From contig NC_057719.1 in NCBI RefSeq assembly GCF_004010195.1, positions 61,981,106 to 62,032,391 of the forward strand: a stretch of 51,286 nt of DNA. Reading direction: 5' to 3'. Shown piece after piece: positions 38,651-48,606 of this stretch. The translations under genes and the position numbers were made by a program. The notes beneath the pieces are model-generated. The model searched no databases and was not told where the DNA came from. It saw nothing but the letters and a program-made list of their open reading frames with translations. Source of the DNA: Chiloscyllium plagiosum. Taxonomy: Eukaryota. Within the stretch, counting starts at the first letter, position 1; each line of letters begins with the position of its first letter.

Positions 38651-39847
38651 CTTGGAAGCAAACAACTTAAAGCACAACTTCTTATAGCTGAATATTCTCA
38701 ACACTATTCTGGGACTTTAGAGACTTAACAGTCGATGCACTATTAGTACACAGGCTGCTCCCGTTATGTCCAAGTGTAAACATGTTGCAGTTTCTTTCCA
38801 GGAACATTTTAATCTCCAAAATTGTTCGAACTGTGCAGGCACAGTAAGCCAAATGGTCTCCTTCTGAGCTGTAGCAATTCTATGATAGTCAAACACCCAG
38901 ACATACGGTTTTCAGAACAAGTTACATGACTCCCCTCATTTTACTGTAAAGACACAGACCCAAACATAGCAACCTCAAACTTCATAATTTTAACACAAAC
39001 CTATTTTAATCATACACATGAAAAAAAAATCTTTCCCATTTTGAATATTTTCTGTGGAACATTGCAGCCATTGTTGTAAAGACGGCTAAAATAGACAAGA
39101 TCCGCATACGTTTAATTATAAATGTAATTCAGCTGATATTTCGGGAGTAAAAAACAAATTCTTGTGAGTAGGTTGAATGCACAATTAATTTGAGCTTTGA
39201 AAAATGAACTTAACAATCTGTCCCATAAACTATGAATAGACCTGCTCTTCCAACAGTAGAGAAATATTAATTTTTTCTTTCATTTTGACGTATTTTTACA
39301 AATTTGTTCCATAGAATAGATAGTTTCTGAAATCAAATCTAGATTTAATATTGAATGGGAAGAACAGGAAAGGTTTAACATATAATGAAGGGAGTGGAAA
39401 CACAGGAAGAAAGGAAAACAAATTTTCTTTGAGTGTGAGTTTATCATAATAAAGTAAAAGAATTGCAGTCATTTGGTCTTTTGCAGCTAATCAGGAAGGA
39501 GAGGATTAGATGATTTGGGAGAGTAACAACTTTAATTCCAAACATCTAAGGAACAAGAGGTGTGAGATATTATTAGCAAAATGTTTTGTTAGTTCTGTGA
39601 CATTTGTTGCTTCACTTGCACAATGTCTTGGATCTTTTATAAAATATCTTAATTGTGTCCCCCATATAGCAGACAATACTATGACTGGAAAAAGGTCTGC
39701 ACTTAAGCCTTGCTTTTAGTACTGTTATGTGGTTCCCATTAATTTGGTGTCAGTTGACCTTAACTTCTAGGCAACTCACCTGAGATTGGTTATCTGTTTG
39801 TCAGGCAAAATGAAAAAACAAATTTCACCGTACTATGTGTGTTAATG

Positions 39848-41540
39848 AGGTAAAAACAATGACTGCAGATGCTGGAAACCAGATTCTGGATCAGTGGTGC
39901 TGGAAGAGCACAGCAATTCAGGCAGCATCCGAGGACAGGCAAAATCGACGTTTCGGGCAAAAGCCCTTCATCAGGAATAAAGGCAGAGAGCCTGANNNNN
40001 NNNNNNNNNNNNNNNNNNNNNNNNNNNNNNNNNNNNNNNNNNNNNNNNNNNNNNNNNNNNNNNNNNNNNNNNNNNNNNNNNNNNNNNNNNNNNNNNNNNN
40101 NNNNNNNNNNNNNNNNNNNNNNNNNNNNNNNNNNNNNNNNNNNNNNNNNNNNNNNNNNNNNNNNNNNNNNNNNNNNNNNNNNNNNNNNNNNNNNNNNNNN
40201 NNNNNNNNNNNNNNNNNNNNNNNNNNNNNNNNNNNNNNNNNNNNNNNNNNNNNNNNNNNNNNNNNNNNNNNNNNNNNNNNNNNNNNNNNNNNNNNNNNNN
40301 NNNNNNNNNNNNNNNNNNNNNNNNNNNNNNNNNNNNNNNNNNNNNNNNNNNNNNNNNNNNNNNNNNNNNNNNNNNNNNNNNNNNNNNNNNNNNNNNNNNN
40401 NNNNNNNNNNNNNNNNNNNNNNNNNNNNNNNNNNNNNNNNNNNNNNNNNNNNNNNNNNNNNNNNNNNNNNNNNNNNNNNNNNNNNNNNNNNNNNNNNNNN
40501 NNNNNNNNNNNNNNNNNNNNNNNNNNNNNNNNNNNNNNNNNNNNNNNNNNNNNNNNNNNNNNNNNNNNNNNNNNNNNNNNNNNNNNNNNNNNNNNNNNNN
40601 NNNNNNNNNNNNNNNNNNNNNNNNNNNNNNNNNNNNNNNNNNNNNNNNNNNNNNNNNNNNNNNNNNNNNNNNNNNNNNNNNNNNNNNNNNNNNNNNNNNN
40701 NNNNNNNNNNNNNNNNNNNNNNNNNNNNNNNNNNNNNNNNNNNNNNNNNNNNNNNNNNNNNNNNNNNNNNNNNNNNNNNNNNNNNNNNNNNNNNNNNNNN
40801 NNNNNNNNNNNNNNNNNNNNNNNNNNNNNNNNNNNNNNNNNNNNNNNNNNNNNNNNNNNNGAGGTCCAGGAGGGGGAGGGAGGTGTCAGAGATGGTCCAG
40901 TTAAATTTAAGGTCAGGGTGGAATGTGTTGGTGGAGTTGATGAATTGCTCAACCTCCTCGCGGGAGCACGAGGTGGCGCCAATGCAGTCATCAATGTAGC
41001 GGAGGAATAGGTGGGGAGTGGTGCCGGTGTAATTACGGAAGATCAACTGCTCTATGTAGCCAACAAAGAGACAGGCATATCTGGGGCCCATACGTGTGCC
41101 CATGGCTACCCCTTTGGTCTGGAGGAAGTGGGAGGATTCAAAGGAGAGATTGTTAAGGGTGAGGACCAGTTCGGCCAAACGAATGAGAGTGTCGGTGGAG
41201 GGGTACTGTTGGGAACGTCTGGAGAGGAAAAACCGGAGGGCTTGGAGGCCCTGGTCATGGTGGATGGAGGTGTAGAGGGATTGGATGTCCATGGTGAAGA
41301 TGAGATGTTGGGTACTGGGGAAACAGAAGTCTTGGAGGAGGTGGGGGGCGTGGGTGGTGTCTCGAACGTATGTGGGGAGTTCCTGGACTTGGGATAGGAC
41401 AGTGTCGAGGTAGGTAGAAATGAGTTCAGTTGGGCAGGAGCATGCTGAGACAATGGGTCGGCCAGGGTGGTCAGGCTTGTGGATGTTGGGAAGGAGGTAG
41501 AACCGGGCAGTGCGGGGTTCCCGGACTATGAGGTTGGAAG
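39848..41540 (-). mobile_element. Young Penelope-like element, 5'-truncated, specific to copy 2
   Basis: Open RT frame (PGRPIVS, MDIQSLYT, GVAMGTRMGP, RYIDD); empty site taatg|gtctgag at ~19545 in copy 1; no TSD seen. Confidence 0.95.
39943..39978 (-). ncRNA. Minimal hammerhead ribozyme (intact core) in Penelope terminus
   Basis: AUUC-CUGAUGA-A-GGGC-UUUU-GCCC-GAAAC-GUC-GAUU. Confidence 0.72.
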
Positions 41541-43432
41541 GTCTGAGTTGGAGACAGTGCCCTGAGATGCTAAGCACTTATTTCATTTTAAATTCCCCTA
41601 ATAACATTTCTTTTTTGTTATTGTTCCTTTGTTATCTTCAATACTTTTAATTATGAGCCATTGCACTTCTGCCAACAGACATTCGTAAATTAAAATACAT
41701 AATAGAAAGGCAGCACAACCTAACAGTTCTAGTGAATGCAATTGAACTGGAGAATAATCTGTGTTGAAGCTACACAAAACTGAAGTTGACTTGAATGATT
41801 GAAAATGTGACTTAGAGAAAACCCCTACAGCATATCTGATCAATGTTGAGTAAAGTCAATGAAGTGTCCTGATTGCAATGGAGATAAACTAATTTATAAT
41901 AGACTTTAGCACCAAGCATTTATATAATTGATCAGCATGCAATTTGAGTGTTTCTAAATTGTACATTTCACTCTGCCTTTCTTTAATTCATAGATCCAAG
42001 ATGTTTCTTAAGATAATTTTATCCATCAGCTTCAAAGTAATCACCTTTTGAACCCTTATATTTCTGCTTTGCTCATTGCACCTTTCAACATTTATTCTTG
42101 AAACACATGCGTTTTTTGTTGCGGTAGGTAGGATAATTTATGTTAGTTAGTTGTGTGCAGTTAAATGCAGCAATATGTTGATTGAATGATTATAAGGCGC
42201 TATACCCAGAGTATTCAATCAGTGCACTGAGCTATCATTCCATATTATTTTCTGCCAAATGGTTTTAATCCCAAGCATTGTTCAGTTCCTTTTTTATTAT
42301 TTTTAGATTTTGTCTACACTACCCTCTTGTCAAAAAACACAATTTTTAATATTTAATATTAACACAACTTATTGAAAAGTTTGTGAATTTAAGCACTCCA
42401 TAAAATGCCTCAAAAATTAAAACAGATATCTACCATTAAATACACTAAGTTATTGTAGCTTCTGTCCACTGTTTGCTGGGGCTGTAAAGATGATTAATTC
42501 TGGAGCTGTACAATGAGCTTTTGCAGAAGTGAGTAGATGAAGTCTTTATTATTTAAATATTATTTCAGCAACTATTTGAGCCAATTCCTCAGACTTCTGA
42601 GCCATTCTCCCATTTTGTTCACAATAATTTGTGGCTTAAATGTGTGGTTAGATCATTGTTCAACTGGTGTGCAGAAATTTTGCATTGTTGATATACTGAA
42701 GGTGGTGATTGAACAACATGCTTGTCAATCATCAATATCTTTTTGACATTCATGATGATTAACAGTTGAATTCTGCAAATAAAAGCACCTACTTCTGATT
42801 AAAACCTGGGTTAAAATACAGAGTGTCAACTATTTTAAAGAAAGTTACTTTTAAGTAATTTCTGTAGAGGTGCAGTTTTGCATCATCTTGTGAATATTAC
42901 TTCTCGGACTCTGCTTGGTTTAAGTTATGAAATGGATGACTACCAAAATCTGTTGCCTTGGACAACACTGCTCCTGAAGAATTAATACAAAAACATGTTA
43001 GAGCCCACATGATCCTTCAGGATTCCTATTTTGGCCTTTTAATACAGTTTTGATTTGGGCTACCTAGCCAAGATCAGGCCACATAAAAGAAGCCCAAACT
43101 AAGTGGCAAATGGAATCTTTAAATGTTACGAAGAGATTGATCCATTGTATAAATATAATAAAGAGTGGAGTGTGTTACATATTTCAAGTTTGCTTTCATG
43201 GATTTTTTGATGATTGATCAAAATAGGATTGATTCCATTCCACTTCCTTTTGGTTTCACCAATTTGTTTTGAAACTTCACTGTCGATGTAATATTTTTCT
43301 TTCCAAGCAAAACATCTTTTTTTTAAAAAATTCCATTCATATTTGTAGAATCATAAAAGTGCTCCAAATCATTTTTCCAAGGAGTAATATTTCCTTAATA
43401 GAAGTTTGTATCATACATTCTGAGCTGTGGAC

Positions 43433-43533
43433 TGATTGGATATCCATGGTGAAGATGAGGCGGGGGCTGGGGAAACGGAAGTCTTGAAGGAGGTGGAGGG
43501 CGTGGGTGGTGTCTCTAACATTTGTGGGGAGTT
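43433..43533 (-). mobile_element. ~100-bp internal Penelope RT fragment
   Basis: Aligns by eye to 41278-41381 and 4627-4729. Confidence 0.85.
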
Positions 43534-43711
43534 AAAACATGTATTTTTCCTTTTCTTAAGAATGTTTCCTTCAGTATAGGTACATAGAAAAGTGCAACTT
43601 GCCTGGATACATTGGAACAGATCCTTACCATGTAAGCCTTATATTAATTGTACTTTACTGTAAGTTAGTAATTCTTTGCTGCTTCTATGTCCTTATCATT
43701 GTTACAATTGT

Positions 43712-43792
43712 AACAGCTGATCTCACAGCTACATAGATGCACAATTGTAACAATGATGTATGTGCATCTATGTAGCTGTGAGATCAGCTGTT
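43712..43792. repeat. Perfect 32-bp inverted repeat with 17-nt loop
   Basis: 43712-43743 is the reverse complement of 43761-43792. Confidence 0.93.
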
Positions 43793-45027
43793 CAAGATTT
43801 CACATAAAAGTGTCCAATGCTGNNNNNNNNNNNNNNNNNNNNNNNNNNNNNNNNNNNNNNNNNNNNNNNNNNNNNNNNNNNNNNNNNNNNNNNNNNNNNN
43901 NNNNNNNNNNNNNNNNNNNNNNNNNNNNNNNNNNNNNNNNNNNNNNNNNNNNNNNNNNNNNNNNNNNNNNNNNNNNNNNNNNNNNNNNNNNNNNNNNNNN
44001 NNNNNNNNNNNNNNNNNNNNNNNNNNNNNNNNNNNNNNNNNNNNNNNNNNNNNNNNNNNNNNNNNNNNNNNNNNNNNNNNNNNNNNNNNNNNNNNNNNNN
44101 NNNNNNNNNNNNNNNNNNNNNNNNNNNNNNNNNNNNNNNNNNNNNNNNNNNNNNNNNNNNNNNNNNNNNNNNNNNNNNNNNNNNNNNNNNNNNNNNNNNN
44201 NNNNNNNNNNNNNNNNNNNNNNNNNNNNNNNNNNNNNNNNNNNNNNNNNNNNNNNNNNNNNNNNNNNNNNNNNNNNNNNNNNNNNNNNNNNNNNNNNNNN
44301 NNNNNNNNNNNNNNNNNNNNNNTCTTTTTCTCACTCTTTTTCTCTCTTTTTCTGTTTTTCCCTTTTTCTCTGGTGTTTACTGGAATTTAACAACTCGTCA
44401 CAGGTTAAAAATGACAAGCTCCAAATTTGTAGTGGGACCAACACCAGAGAGTTAACAATAACCATGCCATTCCCCTTTCTGTCACAGGCGGCTGTGGGCA
44501 GCAGCATGTTTACCAGTAGTAGTTATTAAGTTTATGCAATCTCTCCTGTATAATTGTGGTGGAGCAAGATAGGGCATGCCAGTTTTGGATTATTATTCAT
44601 TATTGACCACTCAGCAATCAAGGAATTATCAAGACAGCAACAACAGTCATTCGCCACTGACTTGAGACAGAATGTGGCTATTCATGATGAGTGTTCAAAG
44701 AATTGCCATTCTCATTAAACATGTCAAGTAGAGTGACAAATAAATTGCAAAATTAAACAGCAGTCCAAATCAAATAGGCAGCAGCCAGCTGCAGGGTAAA
44801 AAGTTTGACTTAAGAGCTTGATTATAATCACGCCATCAATTCATATTTTACTGCTGATCACAGCATTTTCTGTATTTGTTCATTTGTAAATCTCCACAAC
44901 TATGTAATTACGCTAAGTAGCCACACTGAATTTAGTGTTTCAAGGTGTCTGGACTGATTGGAGTCATTTTACAACCTCATGTTTTTCTCCTTTTCTTACA
45001 TTGTGTGCGTGTATACACACACACACA

Positions 45028-45507
45028 CCCATTATCATCATGCTGGGAGAACAACCCTGGTTCAATGAAGAGTGCATGAAGGCATGCCACCATCAATATT
45101 GGACATATTTAAAAATGGGGTATAAACCTGGTGAAGTGACAACAGAGGACTGCCAAACAGCAGAAGCAACAAGTAATGGACAGGGCTAATTGATCCCACA
45201 AGCAATTGATGAGTTCTGCAGTCCTGAATGGTGGTGGACAAGAAAACAAATAATAAAAGGTGGAAGCTCTACAAATATTCCCAATCTTAATGATAGGGAA
45301 AATGAGCATGTAAGTGCAAAACACAAGGCTGAAGTCCTTTTATCTGCAGCAACAAGTGCTGAAAAGATGTTCTATCTCAGCCTGTTCCTTAGATCCCTCG
45401 CATTACAGATGCTAGTCTTCCCCCAATTCATATCACTCCATGTGAAATCAAAAACTGGGTAATGTAAAGATAATTTGACCTGACAACAATCTAGCAATAG
45501 CACTGAA
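45028..45507 (+). mobile_element. Old CR1/L2-group LINE ORF2, part 1
   Basis: GEQPWFNEECMKAC, EWWWTRKQI..GGSSTNIPNLND, ending DNNLAIAL. Confidence 0.75.
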
Positions 45508-46795
45508 TGTTTAACACACCAACAGTCACTTGTTAGATGAGGAAACAAAAGACTTTCATAAGTACATTTATATTTTGCTGTACCTTTGACTGTGGGATGA
45601 AAGTGATGGTTTTAAAACTAAGGATTGCTTCATTTTTTAAAAGTTGCCCAGGACACATTTTCACACAAGCAGTGCAGAGGTTACTACAGACAGGCTGGAG
45701 CCTGGAGATGTGCACAAAGAGAGAATTAGCTGGCAGCAAATAGTTAATTGGCCTGTGGAATGGTGATGTATTGTTGATTAAGGCCTTCTGCTGCCACCAA
45801 CTATGAGATTGCTCTCAGCTACGTGAACAGCTTGTGAGTGTAAATGGTTGAACTGAAGCCATCAGACCTCCAGAAAGGAAAGAACTGTCCTTGCTCATCA
45901 GTAGCAACCACTTCAAGCCTGAAGAAAGCCAGTTTATTTACCTCATCAGTTGTTGAAAGCTGTGGCTTTTACCAATAAGTCAGAGACTTTGTAAGTGCAA
46001 AACAGTTGCTCTGTGCCTTCTGCAAAGCAAGGAATTGTTCTGGAGAAAGACGATCAAGGGGCAGCAAGTCCTGACAAACTGATCGGACCATCTCAGGAAA
46101 TCTGTGGAAAGATTAGATTAGATTAGATTACTTACAGTGTGGAAACAGGCCCTTCGGCCCAACAAGTCCACACCGACCCGCCGAAGCGCAACCCACCCAT
46201 ACCCCTACATTTACCCCTTTAACCTAACACTGCGGGCAATTTAGCATGGCCAATTCACCTGACCCGCACATTTTTTGGATTGTGGGAGGAAACCGGAGCA
46301 CCCGGAGGAAACCCACGCAGACACGGGGAGAACGTGCAAACTCCACACAGTCAGTCGCCTGAGTCGGGAATTGAACCCGGGTCTCTGGCGCTGTGAGGCA
46401 GCAGTGCTAACCACTGTGCCACCGTGCCACCCACGGTGGAAAGGGTCCACTGAAATGCCTTCCTAGTTTTTCCCTCTGCCGATGATACTCTTGTTTCTTC
46501 TGTCTGTCTGCATGTCTGCATGGGATGAGCTTTACAAAGGTGCTAGAGTTTTAATGAGTAGAATTGTTTATTGATGGTTCATAAATGCTTGCAAGAAGCT
46601 ACTATCCACTTACTTGTGATAAGTAGTGGTCCTTATTAAGTACAGAAGCCTGCTCCATGCTTTCTGTCAATCTATGTCTGAAAGACGGGAACTGGAGAGG
46701 TCTGCATAATTTTATAAAATCTAATTTTTGATGACTCCGGGAATAGTCGGGCTTGATTTCCAAAGCACTACCCCACAGAGGGTTTATTGTAAACA
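45508..46795. mobile_element. Candidate LTR-like sequence
   Basis: TGTTTA...TAAACA terminal inverted repeat, non-coding, interrupts the LINE; no TSD at this right end. Confidence 0.35.
46112..46435 (-). mobile_element. Young HE1-like SINE with 8-bp TSD
   Basis: TSD GTGGAAAG at 46104-46111 and 46436-46443; (TTAGA)n tail; intact A and B boxes; CpGs retained. Confidence 0.93.
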
Positions 46796-47535
46796 TATAA
46801 TATATGACCATCAGTTTCCACCTTTCCCTTCAGGACCTTTTCCATATCCAGAAGCCAAAATCCAACTGGGGATGAACTCAGCCTTTTTTTAAGCTAAACC
46901 CAATCACCAAATACAAACACTGTCTACCAGACACAATGTGACAAGTAACAGTAAATCAGAAATAAGGAAAACAAGAGTGGGGAAGGGGATTGTGGGCAGA
47001 TGCTCCCTCTCCAAGGACACTTGGCTGCAGATAGAACCATGGAAGACAGCAGGGCAGTCAGGAAATATGATCTTTTCCATTGGCCACTGACTGGATCTAC
47101 TGATGGGTATTTTAGCCAGGCCTAGGAGCAGGCCCATAAAGTTTGGGCGCCTGAATATGCGCCGATGTACACATCACCGATGGCCGTTCTGTTGAAGAGT
47201 GTAGTTACCGTGCTCTGATCCTTTCGCTAAAAGCAGTAGCGCATTTGCTTCCCTGGCGCCGGCGGCCCGTTTCAAAGCCAAGGAGAAACCTGATGTGCTG
47301 GCATCACAGTGCACCACAGATTCCTAACGTCACCTTTCTGTCAATTGTACACCAAAGCAGTCTCTGAAGGGAAGTGGCCAATGGAAAATCTGTTTGCCCC
47401 CTCCTCGGCGCTGTGTGCCCATAGAAAATTCAACATTTAAATGCAAAGTTGTCCAATAAGCATTATGTGTTCTAAGTCATCTCCAGAGGTGATCTGTGTG
47501 AGCCTTAAAATAGTTCTATATATCTAAGACGGACA

Positions 47536-48466
47536 CTGGAAGACTTCTGCACCTGAAGTAGTCATGCCCAGGTCATGCCATCCTAGTACAGCTACAACAC
47601 TGGCATCCATTTAACAACGTAGAAAATTGACATGGCATGTTCTTTGCACAAAAAGTAGAACAAATCTAACCTGACCAATTATTTCCCAAACAGTCAACTC
47701 TTCATCATCAGCAATGTAATGGAAGTGGCCCTCAACAGTACTATCAAGCAGCACTTGTAAAAGGATAACCTATTCACTCATGCTCAGTTTTATTTCCACT
47801 GGGCTACTTGCACCTGATCTCATTACAATCTTACGTTCAAGAGTTGAATTCCAGAGTTGAAAAAAGGAATGGTTGCCCTTGACATCAAGGCAAAATTAAG
47901 GAGCCCGAATAAAACAGTGTCAATCCATCTCAGGAAAGAAACTCTTTACAGTTTGACTTAAATTCAGCACAAAGGAAAATGGGTGTAGTTTTTGGAGCTC
48001 AATCATCTGAACTGCAGAACATCTCTGCACGAGTTCATCATGGTAATCTCCAGGCCCAATCATCTTCAGTTGCTTCATCAATGATCTTCATTCCATCATA
48101 AGATCAGAAGTGAGGATGTTTGGGATGATTAGACAATGCTCAGCACCATTCATGACTCCTCAGATACTGTCTAGATAGCTTGTCCCTTTGCAGCAAGACC
48201 TGGACAACATCCAATCTCGGGCTGGTAAGTGCAAGTAACGTTCATGCACACAAGTGTCAGGCAATGACCACATCCAACTAGAGATAATCTAACATGGCCA
48301 TTTAATGTTCAATAGCATTAGCATTGCTTGATACCCTACTATCAACATCTTGGCGTTTACTGTTGACCAGATCTGGATTTGAACTAGCCATATAGATGCT
48401 GAAACAATAGGAACACGCTGGGAATTCTGTGGCAAATAGCTCACCTATTGTCTCCCTGGAGAGTAC
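47536..48466 (+). mobile_element. Old CR1/L2-group LINE ORF2, part 2 (RT)
   Basis: Resumes KTSAPE..YSYNTGI, ALDIKA, GPIIFSCFINDL, MFGDD, QQDLDNIQ. Confidence 0.78.
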
Positions 48467-48606
48467 TGTTACAACACAGTGGTGAACCCTTCTGTTACGT
48501 AAACCAAACACCCAGAAAAGGTCACCTCGCCTCATAATCTGTTAGAATATGAGTGACAGAGAACTCCCAAATTCCACTATTTAAAGAAGATAATGTCAAT
48601 TTATTC
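48467..48606. mobile_element. LTR-like terminus interrupted by L1
   Basis: Abrupt TGTTACAAC start at the point where LINE homology stops. Confidence 0.35.

Larger units (their letters stand above)
26184..43822 (+). repeat. Segmental duplication, copy 2 (paralog or haplotig)
   Basis: Colinear with 5092-21740; bounded by two 500-N gaps. Confidence 0.97.
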
